A stretch of DNA of 64,000 bases from Planctomycetaceae bacterium (lineage in GTDB: Bacteria > Planctomycetota > Planctomycetia > Pirellulales > UBA7805), in NCBI GenBank assembly GCA_902630355.1, contig CACOUL010000002.1:59605-123604 (forward strand), read 5' to 3'. The notes below the pieces were generated by a model. It was not told the DNA's origin and searched no databases. It worked only from the letters and a program-made list of their open reading frames with translations. This document shows, piece by piece, positions 17,530 through 25,885 of the stretch. Within the stretch, counting starts at the first letter, position 1, and the number at the start of each line of letters is the position of its first letter. A program made the position numbers and the translations under genes.

Positions 17530-18888
17530 TTAATTTCTACTCTTGGCCTCGACGGTTGCCGCAGCCGGTAGCGTAACACCTCGCCGCAGACGGTTTTCCG
17601 CCGCCACCTCAGCCGGTGTGAGTTCGCGGAATTCAACATCGAGCAATCCGTAGTTGACCATCAGATAACCGTTGTCCGCCCGGACCACCGCAGCGGACCG
17701 GTTGGCAAGCAGGTCTTGGGCAATCACACCGCGATACCACTGCATCTGACCGCGATAGCGGAAGTGATAGACTGGGATTCCCGAGGGACTCGTGGCAACC
17801 TGCCGGATGTCGGTTTTGAGGCGGCGATCACTGAAGAAGTTACCGAAGTTGTTGTTGCCACTGTCGCGGAACGAACCTCCGAGGTTACGTATCGTGGCCG
17901 TTGCCAGGAACATGGTTCCAGCAATCCGCTCGACCGGGGCAGTGACTCGTGCAATCGTGGCGTCCAGTCGGTTCAATTCGCTGGCGCGGATGTAGATGCG
18001 ATCACCCGGAAAAACCTGGTAGTTTGTCGCCGTGATCCCCTGCTTGCAGATTGCATCCCAATTGACCGGGAGCCGCTGCTCGTAGCCACCGTGATCCGGA
18101 CTCGGTCGGGCAATCCAGATATCTTTGGTCGCCTGGCCACCGAGGCCGCCGATTTCACTGATGGCATCCAAGACCGTTTCGCCACCATTGATCGGTAAGC
18201 GCACCACCTGATCACCCAATCCCGCACCGTCGGAAATGACGTAATAAAATTTACTGTTGTAGGCCGACACATCGACGATCACTTCGGGCGCTTCGAGATA
18301 CTCGTCGAGTTTCTTCTCGATCGCATCTTTGACCTGTTCGAGGGTCAGGCCGGCGACATAGACCTGCCCGTAGGACCCTAAATTGACCATCCCGTCCGGG
18401 GCCACCTGATGTTCTCCGGCAATCTGTTGGCTGCCGGCCGTCTCTAGCAGATTGACCGTGGTAACCGGATTGACCAGAAGTTCGAGCAGTTTGTCCTGAA
18501 TGGCCGTTTCGGCTTCGTCGATTGTCTTGCCTGATATCGTCACTTTTCCATATTGGCTGCCCAAATTGACGCGACCACTCGCATCGATTTGGTATTCCCC
18601 TGTGATCGGATAATCGGGAAGCACGTTCTCCGATTCGATCTGGACGATATCGAGCGGCTCGAGACGATAAGGCGCTTTGGGAATCACCCTCAACGCATCG
18701 ATCAGCAAAATGTCGGGCGGTTCGACCACATACAACGGAAGCGTTGTTTTAAACTCTTCGTTGGGAATGCGAGCCTCGGGTGGAATATGCTGTTCGAGTT
18801 TGAAATTGCGCGTACCGAGCGTATGGCAACCGGTCGCAAAAGCGACGAGAACAGAAAGAGCCAGCAGAAAGGCCGGTTTTGCTCGCAT
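17530..18888 (-). CDS. Outer-membrane polysaccharide export lipoprotein (Wza/OPX-like, SLBB repeats) fused to a C-terminal Peptidase-S74 intramolecular chaperone domain
   Basis: Lipobox LVAFATG|C and the Poly_export-like YRLEPLDIVQIES. SLBB-like repeats appear as GRVNLGSQYGKVTISGKTIDEAETAI and GMVNLGSYGQVYVAGLTLEQVKDAI. The C-terminal segment SDRRLKTDIRQVATSPSGIPVYHFRYRGQMQWYRGVIAQDLL...YLMVNYGLL is the S74 signature. Confidence 0.85.
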   Translation of the reverse strand: MRAKPAFLLALSVLVAFATGCHTLGTRNFKLEQHIPPEARIPNEEFKTTLPLYVVEPPDILLIDALRVIPKAPYRLEPLDIVQIESENVLPDYPITGEYQIDASGRVNLGSQYGKVTISGKTIDEAETAIQDKLLELLVNPVTTVNLLETAGSQQIAGEHQVAPDGMVNLGSYGQVYVAGLTLEQVKDAIEKKLDEYLEAPEVIVDVSAYNSKFYYVISDGAGLGDQVVRLPINGGETVLDAISEIGGLGGQATKDIWIARPSPDHGGYEQRLPVNWDAICKQGITATNYQVFPGDRIYIRASELNRLDATIARVTAPVERIAGTMFLATATIRNLGGSFRDSGNNNFGNFFSDRRLKTDIRQVATSPSGIPVYHFRYRGQMQWYRGVIAQDLLANRSAAVVRADNGYLMVNYGLLDVEFRELTPAEVAAENRLRRGVTLPAAATVEAKSRN

Positions 18889-19371
18889 GGGGGCTGCTCG
18901 GTTGAGTTCCAGTTAAGACAATCACTAGCGTGGCTAGCATTTGCCCAGCGCCGCCCCCCGGAGACGCTGATAATCCTCACAGCACCCCCTATCGTCATTA
19001 TCAGGATGATTCTTTGACGAAAAATAATTTTTGCGACTCCCATGCAAGTCTAGGGAAGTCGGGTGTTTTGGGGCCATTGCGCGCATTGCTGCCGTAAGGC
19101 TTTAACTCCATCTAACCCCTTGGCCGTGCGGGTTTACTGCATTGCCGCAGGGGAAGGCCCGATGAACGCGACGAACCCGCACTTTTGCAGAATTTCCCCG
19201 GCGTTTGCGGCTGTGGTAAGGTAGACCTGAGAAGGCGTTTTGGCGCATTTTGTGCCCGGTGGGCACCGAACGATCCAATCTGAACCCGAATACGTATATA
19301 CCCGCAGCAGGGCCTCCCGAACCGGCAAACGCGGAAGGCTGTTTGCTGGGGTCGATAGCACGGCTTGCACT

Positions 19372-20286
19372 ATGAACACTGCTTCCGAAAGCACACTTGG
19401 GCCAACCAAGCCAATCCCCACCGTCTCGCTTGCCATCTTGATCGGCTTGTTGGGGATTCTCTGCTATTCCTTTTACAACTCACTCTCGCGACTCTGGCTC
19501 GTCTTCTGGAATACCGATGAGTATTCACACGGTTACATCGTGCCGGTGATCGCGGCCGTACTCCTCTACATGCGGTGGAAACCAGAATATCTGGAGAGTC
19601 TCCGGAATATCGCACCCTCCGCAAAAATCTGGGGAATCCTTCTGCTCTCACTCGGGCTGGTATTGCGTTTGTTGGCCACCCGCATGGGCATGGAAACACC
19701 CGATATGATTGCCTTTCTTCCATGCCTGGCAGGCGTCGTTTTGATGGCCGGAGGCTGGACCCTTTTTCGCTGGGCCGGCCCGATCATTCTCTTTTCTGTA
19801 TTTATGTTTCCGCTTCCGCACCGCATTCAGCAGGCGATCCTCGTTCCCATGAAAGAGGTTGCCACGACGTGCAGTTTCTATCTTTTACAGATTATGAACT
19901 TCGATACCTCGAGGGAGGGCAATATTCTCTTCATTTCGGGAATTCCTATGGGGGTGGTCGACGCTTGCAGTGGCCTGCGGATGCTCACTGTCTTTCTTGC
20001 GCTTTGCGGAGCGGTTGCCATGACGATCAACAAACCGCTTTGGGAGCGGACTCTGATCTTTCTGAGTGCCATCCCGATCGCAATCGCGGTCAACGTACTG
20101 CGCATTACATCGACTGGCATCGCGTACTCGATTGCCGGTGAAGATAGCGACTGGGTGCACTATGTGTTCCACGACAATGCAGGGTTGATGATGATGCCGC
20201 TGGCCATGGTGATGCTCTATCTGGAAATCGCCCTGTTGGGCATGCTGTTTATTGACGAAGACCTTCCGGCAACAAGTAGCGAATGA
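19372..20286 (+). CDS. Exosortase (EpsH/Xrt family transpeptidase)
   Basis: Polytopic membrane protein with the family catalytic signature: Cys in VVDACSGLRML, Arg in AVNVLRITS and His in FHDNAGLMMM. The ATG at 19372 (MNTASES) is preferred over the track start at 19240. Confidence 0.85.
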   Translation: MNTASESTLGPTKPIPTVSLAILIGLLGILCYSFYNSLSRLWLVFWNTDEYSHGYIVPVIAAVLLYMRWKPEYLESLRNIAPSAKIWGILLLSLGLVLRLLATRMGMETPDMIAFLPCLAGVVLMAGGWTLFRWAGPIILFSVFMFPLPHRIQQAILVPMKEVATTCSFYLLQIMNFDTSREGNILFISGIPMGVVDACSGLRMLTVFLALCGAVAMTINKPLWERTLIFLSAIPIAIAVNVLRITSTGIAYSIAGEDSDWVHYVFHDNAGLMMMPLAMVMLYLEIALLGMLFIDEDLPATSSE

Positions 20287-20606
20287 GAGGGAGAAAAGCG
20301 GGAATTGTCTGGCGAGCCGGTCGTCATGCTGATCCGACAGATCCCAGATCACCAGAAAGAGGGGGAACCGACATTCCCAGGGCCGAGTCCGGATTTTTCC
20401 GATTCTGACGATCCAGAGGGTGAGTGTGAAAATCATGCTCCGAGGAAAAGAGCAAAACAGACAGAAACGCCCGACTGGGGGCCAATTCGTTGCCCCGGGG
20501 GGGAAATCTAACCTAGACTACCAGGAACCGGGGCGCAATCACTTTCCATACGATTGCAACAGAGACTCGCGTCAATTTGGTGATTTTGACTAACTGAGGA
20601 AGCACT

Positions 20607-22958
20607 ATGGCACCTCCAGAAGACGATCATTCGGGCGAAAGCCAAGAAGGACAACCGAACTCGAGCAAGGGTGAACTCGGTCCAGTTCGCGAGGATGCGA
20701 CCGGTACGGCACTGCAGACTGCGGAAATGCCGGGCGGTCCACTGGTCCCGTTGAGTACCCGGCCGAAGATTCTCACCGTGCCTCCGAATGTCACCGAAAT
20801 TTTGAATTCATTCCGTAGGCAATGGCGTCTGGCGGTCATTCTGGGGATTTCCTTCGCCATTCCCGTGGGATTGGCAACATGGTTTTTGGTGCCCATTCAA
20901 TACACCGCACAGTCGCTGATGCAGTCGAGAAGCAACACGCTTATTTTCGACGATTTACAGAATGCCGAAGAGAGTGGTTGGGAAGCGCAGGAACAACTGA
21001 TCCGCGGCTTCCAGGTTCTCAATACGGCGCTGAACGATGGCTTGATGGACCTTGAGTACATCAAGGAAGCTCAAAAAGATGGGATCGATCCGGTCGATTA
21101 TCTGGCGAAGACCCTGCTTATCACCGTACCGGATGATGAGAAAGAGCGTAAAGGATATGGTGGACAAATTCTCCGCATCGCGATGCAAGGGGATGATCCA
21201 CAGCAGCTGAAAAAGATTTTAGAGGCCGTTACCGATGCCTATCTCTCGCAAGTTGTCAATGAAGAGCGTCTGGAGTGGTTGAAGCAAAGAGACGAGTTGA
21301 AATCGCAATACGATCGCTCATCGGATATTTTGCGGATCAAACGTGAAGATTTACAGGTCTTGGCCAAGCAGGTCGGCACTTCCGACCCCGATACGGCAAG
21401 TGCGACTCAGCAACTGCTGATCGATCAGGTTCTTTATCTCCGTCGGCAGATCAGCGAAGCGCGGGAGCAAGTGGTCCAAAAAGACCGCGAGCTGAAAACC
21501 TACGAGCAGCAGGTCGGCTGGGTTGCTCACACAGGGAGCATCTTACCGGAAGATATCGAGGTAGAAATCGCACAGAATGAAGACCTGGCAGCGTATAACG
21601 AAAGGCTTGCCGAACTTGAGGAAGATCTGGAGACCTATAGGCAAATCTATCGGGATCCGAAAGCTGAGCCGATCCAGGCGCGCGAAAAGGTAATCGCCCA
21701 ATTGCAGGATGAACAGGCGGCTTTTGCCCAACAGCTGAGAAATGAGATCTTGGCATCCTTCCGTCGCGGCGAAAGGAAAAGCGATGTTGAATTGGAACAT
21801 GAACGACTCGCCGCAGAAGCGAATGAGTCGAAAGCGTATCTTGAAACATTGACGGCAGAGTACAAAGAATTGGCAGATGATGTCGAAGAATTGGCCAATT
21901 ATTCCGCTGAGCTTGAGACGAAGCGAGATGAACTCACCTTTCTTACCGAGGTCACCGGCGAGTTGGGTTACAAGCTGGAAAAACTCGAATTGGAACTCAA
22001 TGCGAATCAAGGGCGTGTGCGAAGAATTCCGGGCGGTATCCGCCAACCGAAAACGGGCGATACCAGCAAGCGAGACCAAATGACATTCGCTGCAACACTT
22101 GTGGCCCTGGCTCTGGGAATCGCTGTGCCGACGGGTCTCGACGTGATCAAAAGGAAGGTCTCAACGGTCGAACAAATGTCCGAGGGACTCGGGATCCGTG
22201 TCCTGGGCAATCTCCCGCTGCTCGATAAGCCCAAGCGAAAATGGGGTTTTCGAGCGCCCACTCCCGAAGCGATCGAGGAACTGCAGGTGGCGATGGAAGA
22301 GTCGATTGATGGACTCCGAGCCATGCTCTTACATCTCCCTGCGGCAAAGGATGTCCGCACCCTGATGGTCACTAGTGCGATTGAAAACGAAGGCAAGACA
22401 ACGCTCGCCTCCACGCTGGCAATGAGCATGGGACGGAGCGGTCGACGCACGCTGCTTATCGACGGAGATCTCCGACGACCATCCGCACATCGATTTTTGG
22501 AAATGCCGCTCGAGGAGGGCCTCGCCGAGGTATTGCGGGGTGACGTGGCGATCGAAAGGGCCATACGCCCCAGTCCGATGCCGGGTCTGCGGTTTCTCTC
22601 CGCCGGACACTGCGACCCCACGAGTCTGCAGGCGCTTACCAAAGATAATCTTGAAGAGGTTTTCGAGAAGGTAAGAGAAGAATTTGATTTTATTGTCGTC
22701 GACTCAGCACCCGTGCTTGCAGTCGTCGACGCCCTGCTTATCGGTAAACAGTGTGATGCGGCGATACTCAGCGTAACACGCGACAAGAGCCGCGTGGCGC
22801 CCATCTACGAAACCAGCGAAAGGTTGCGGGCGACGCGGATTCCCGTACTCGGTTGTATCTTTAACGGAAAGCAATCCAGCGTATTTGCACCCGATTACTA
22901 CGCGTATGGGTACAGTCCGGCAGCGGTTGCGACAGAGGACACCTCCGATGAAGCATAG
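20607..22958 (+). CDS. Polysaccharide co-polymerase / BY-tyrosine autokinase (Wzc/GumC/EpsG-like)
   Basis: Wzz-like N-terminal domain with a TM segment and a long coiled coil. The second TM segment (FAATLVALALGIAV) precedes a kinase domain with Walker A ENEGKTT, A-prime LLIDGDLRRP and Walker B DFIVVDSAPVL. The C-terminal Tyr cluster reads APDYYAYGYS. Confidence 0.9.
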   Translation: MAPPEDDHSGESQEGQPNSSKGELGPVREDATGTALQTAEMPGGPLVPLSTRPKILTVPPNVTEILNSFRRQWRLAVILGISFAIPVGLATWFLVPIQYTAQSLMQSRSNTLIFDDLQNAEESGWEAQEQLIRGFQVLNTALNDGLMDLEYIKEAQKDGIDPVDYLAKTLLITVPDDEKERKGYGGQILRIAMQGDDPQQLKKILEAVTDAYLSQVVNEERLEWLKQRDELKSQYDRSSDILRIKREDLQVLAKQVGTSDPDTASATQQLLIDQVLYLRRQISEAREQVVQKDRELKTYEQQVGWVAHTGSILPEDIEVEIAQNEDLAAYNERLAELEEDLETYRQIYRDPKAEPIQAREKVIAQLQDEQAAFAQQLRNEILASFRRGERKSDVELEHERLAAEANESKAYLETLTAEYKELADDVEELANYSAELETKRDELTFLTEVTGELGYKLEKLELELNANQGRVRRIPGGIRQPKTGDTSKRDQMTFAATLVALALGIAVPTGLDVIKRKVSTVEQMSEGLGIRVLGNLPLLDKPKRKWGFRAPTPEAIEELQVAMEESIDGLRAMLLHLPAAKDVRTLMVTSAIENEGKTTLASTLAMSMGRSGRRTLLIDGDLRRPSAHRFLEMPLEEGLAEVLRGDVAIERAIRPSPMPGLRFLSAGHCDPTSLQALTKDNLEEVFEKVREEFDFIVVDSAPVLAVVDALLIGKQCDAAILSVTRDKSRVAPIYETSERLRATRIPVLGCIFNGKQSSVFAPDYYAYGYSPAAVATEDTSDEA

Positions 22959-23055
22959 TGGCCACGAGTCTTTTTTACTGCGGCAGTATGCGATGACAGG
23001 TGATTTTTGTACGCTGTCTCTTCAGTACGCTTGAAAAAATGATGGGGGGGGTTTT

Positions 23056-23760
23056 GTGTCTCGCTGGATACCACTACTGGTCGCAATTCCTTTGATAGGC
23101 TTGAGCACCTATCTCCAAGGATCGTGGACCGATCGCTGGTCTGATGAAAGCGATCTCCAAATGGCGAAGACCTCCAAGCGGTACGCCGACATTCCTCTCA
23201 CAATCGGTGACGGTTGGGTGGGTGAAGAGATGCCCTACTCCAAGAAAGAACTCGAGGCTGCTGGAGCACACGCACACCTGTCGCGCGTTTATCGCCATCG
23301 AAAAACGGGCGAGCGAATCACCGTATTCATGATCTGTGGATATGCGCGGGATGTTGCGGTTCATACGCCAAATTATTGTTATGTGGGTGCCGGGTTCGAG
23401 GTGGAGAATCCTCCAGTGACGTTTGCCGTCGAGATGGACGAAGGCGAGAACCCAATGACGTTTCAGACCACGACGTTTCTCAAGGAACGTCCTCTCGGCA
23501 CGATTCATCAGCGTATCCTTTGGGGCTGGACCGGAGGGGAACCGTGGAATGCACCCGACTACCCGCGTTGGAAGTATCCCGGCAACTCAACACTCAACAA
23601 AGTCTATCTCATCCACGACATTCCGCCCGGAATCGAACGCAAGCCGGACACCCTCACGCAGGAGCATCCGGCGGTCGAGTTCGGACGCGAATTTCTGCCC
23701 ATCGTTCGCGACGTACTCTATGCCCCGCAAGCTTCCAATAATAGCCTCAGCCAGGAATGA
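23056..23760 (+). CDS. Exosortase-associated EpsI family protein
   Basis: N-terminal anchor MSRWIPLLVAIPLIGL, the EpsI-type PLTIGDGWVGEEMP, and the conserved VHTPNYCYVGAGFE block. Confidence 0.8.
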   Translation: MSRWIPLLVAIPLIGLSTYLQGSWTDRWSDESDLQMAKTSKRYADIPLTIGDGWVGEEMPYSKKELEAAGAHAHLSRVYRHRKTGERITVFMICGYARDVAVHTPNYCYVGAGFEVENPPVTFAVEMDEGENPMTFQTTTFLKERPLGTIHQRILWGWTGGEPWNAPDYPRWKYPGNSTLNKVYLIHDIPPGIERKPDTLTQEHPAVEFGREFLPIVRDVLYAPQASNNSLSQE

Positions 23761-23839
23761 GTCGCGGCGTTAAAATCTCAGTCTTTGTTTGGCATTTTGA
23801 CCGCAGACTTGCAACAGATTGCTATTTTTGAGATGATGA

Positions 23840-25750
23840 ATGTGGTCCGGCAAGGGGCAATTCTCGTTTGGACAGAGGGAGTGTTTCGTGCGCTCTAATC
23901 GCTTGCGTCGATCAGTTCTACGTCGCGTTCCACAGGGTTTCACGCTTGTGGAACTCATGGTGGTCATCGCAATCATTGCCATTCTGACCGCCCTGCTGAT
24001 CCCTGCGGTCTCCATGGTACGCAGCTCCTCCCGCCAGACAGAGTGCGCGTCGAACTTGCATCAAATCGGCATGGCAGTGATCAACGCAACCACGGCGGGA
24101 AAACGGCTGCAGCCGGGCAAATTAGTTCAGGCATCAGATCAAGAAAACCCGATCAATCTCGGCATGCCGCGCTTGCTTGAAGACCATATGGATAAAAATT
24201 ATTCGATCTTCAAGTGTCCCTCGGTCACCGGGGAAGAAGTCGGCTATGAGACAACGGTTCACTTTGGATTCAACGGTCGTCTGGGGCGGCTCACCAGCAA
24301 CGATGCGGGCAAAGTGATTGCGATGGACTACGGAAAGGAGATCATCGACTGGACCGATGACGCCGAGTGGGACAAGTACGACTCGGAATGGACCGGCAGT
24401 GGCATAGCGCCCCTCAGGCGTCATTTCGATGGCTGTAATGTGGTCTTCTTTGATGGACATGTGGAAAGGATGGATCCGGATACGATAAGGCACGGTAAAT
24501 CTCACGATACGGCCTACGAAAATGCAACCGAATACTGGGCTCCCGAACTCGATGAGAAACGTTATGTGCAACCGGTAAACGGGTCAGGAGGTGACGGCAA
24601 CTCCGAACCGGGCGGGGCCTGGGATGGTCCTCCGGTACCGATCCCCAACATCGTGGGGGCAAGCAGCAGTTCGGGCGGAGAAGCCGATACGGGCGGGCAG
24701 GGTTCCAAATACCACCCGGAGGTTGACCCCAATGATCCCGGGAGAAAATACACTGGTGACACCAACACGTACGGCGCGAGTGTGGGTCAACCGGAGCCTT
24801 GTGAGTTTCTTCTCGTGATCGACAACGAGGATCCGGGATTCTCGAAGACCACCAACAAACTCGCGAACAAAAATGACGACACGGCAATGAATGGTAGCCA
24901 TTTTCGCGCCTACGCAAAGTTTTTCACCAGTGGAGAAGCGCGCTGGAGTGCGGCCGATCTACGGGCGGGAACTTATAAGGTCAGTGCCTCGTGGGGCACG
25001 ACGGAGAAACCGCGATTTAATGCGGTGGCCTATCTGTTGACTTCAGACACGGAAACGCAGTCGATCACAATCAATCAGAATTTAGATTTTGAATGGACCG
25101 ATGACGAAGGACGTGGGTGGACCGATTTGGGTCAAGTGGTCGTTGGCGAGGGTGGCACCCTGGATGTGCAGATGCCCGCGGTGAACACAACAGTTGGACA
25201 TCGCGTATGTGCTGACGCCATGCGGTTCGAAATTATTGAATGTGCCGACAGTGGTGGAGGCGGGGGTGGCAACGATGCTCCCGCCGAGGAGGAGCCTGAG
25301 GAACCGGTGGATGAGTATGTCGCAACAATGGACAATGAGGACGCCGCGTTTTCGCGAACTTCTTCCGTCTTCAAGAAAAAGCTCGACGCGACGGCAATCA
25401 ACGGCCATCAATGGATGGCTTATGCCAAGAATTTTACTCACGGAGAAGCGCGGTGGAGCTTTACTGATGTCCCTGAAGGCAGCTACCGGGTCAGCGCCAC
25501 ATGGGGCACTACCGATAAGCCTCGCTACAACGCAGTCGCCTACAATCTCGTTTCGGATATCGATAGTCAAACAGGAACGATCAATCAAAATATCGCCTTC
25601 GAGTGGAACGGCGATGACGGAGTGGGTTGGACCGATGTGGGACAAGTGAACGTGGGTGCGGGAGGGACGCTGGATGTGGTGATTCCGCCGGTCAATTTCA
25701 GTAAATACCACCGCATCATGGCCGATGGCATCCGGATCGAAAAGCAGTAG
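23840..25750 (+). CDS. DUF1559/H-X9-DG pseudopilin-like protein with two tandem C-terminal Golvesin/Xly-like carbohydrate-binding modules
   Basis: Prepilin site PQG|[24 protein letters not shown] and H-X9-DG motif [16 protein letters not shown] linker leads into two ~145-aa homologous modules ending ...CADAMRFEI and ...[10 protein letters not shown]. Confidence 0.8.
   Translation: MWSGKGQFSFGQRECFVRSNRLRRSVLRRVPQGFTLVELMVVIAIIAILTALLIPAVSMVRSSSRQTECASNLHQIGMAVINATTAGKRLQPGKLVQASDQENPINLGMPRLLEDHMDKNYSIFKCPSVTGEEVGYETTVHFGFNGRLGRLTSNDAGKVIAMDYGKEIIDWTDDAEWDKYDSEWTGSGIAPLRRHFDGCNVVFFDGHVERMDPDTIRHGKSHDTAYENATEYWAPELDEKRYVQPVNGSGGDGNSEPGGAWDGPPVPIPNIVGASSSSGGEADTGGQGSKYHPEVDPNDPGRKYTGDTNTYGASVGQPEPCEFLLVIDNEDPGFSKTTNKLANKNDDTAMNGSHFRAYAKFFTSGEARWSAADLRAGTYKVSASWGTTEKPRFNAVAYLLTSDTETQSITINQNLDFEWTDDEGRGWTDLGQVVVGEGGTLDVQMPAVNTTVGHRVCADAMRFEIIECADSGGGGGGNDAPAEEEPEEPVDEYVATMDNEDAAFSRTSSVFKKKLDATAINGHQWMAYAKNFTHGEARWSFTDVPEGSYRVSATWGTTDKPRYNAVAYNLVSDIDSQTGTINQNIAFEWNGDDGVGWTDVGQVNVGAGGTLDVVIPPVNFSKYHRIMADGIRIEKQ
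24800..25747 (+). repeat. Intragenic tandem duplication of a ~145-aa module (24800..25243 and 25316..25747) separated by a Gly6/acidic linker
   Basis: The copies align residue by residue. [12 protein letters not shown]...[36 protein letters not shown]...[35 protein letters not shown] matches [12 protein letters not shown]...[36 protein letters not shown]...[35 protein letters not shown]. Confidence 0.85.
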
Positions 25751-25885
25751 GGCCGAGGCAACACAGATTGAGCCCACAGATCAGGTCAGGGCGGTCAGAG
25801 CGAAGGGGCGGAGAGAACGGGAACTGCGTGCCGTACGTTCATCGAGAGACGTGAACCGATTTCTCGCTGCGGACTCCGCAAAGAA

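Noticed and set aside
20305-20511. 68-aa ORF in the 320-bp gap between the exosortase and the Wzc-like gene
   Set aside because: It has no RBS-like sequence, signal or motif and is acidic and Pro-rich with low complexity. It is more likely an untranslated spacer carrying the wzc promoter.
22007-22804. 265-aa minus-strand ORF inside the Wzc-like gene
   Set aside because: It is antisense to a kinase domain with intact Walker motifs, and its Ser/Arg-rich composition is implausible for a real protein.
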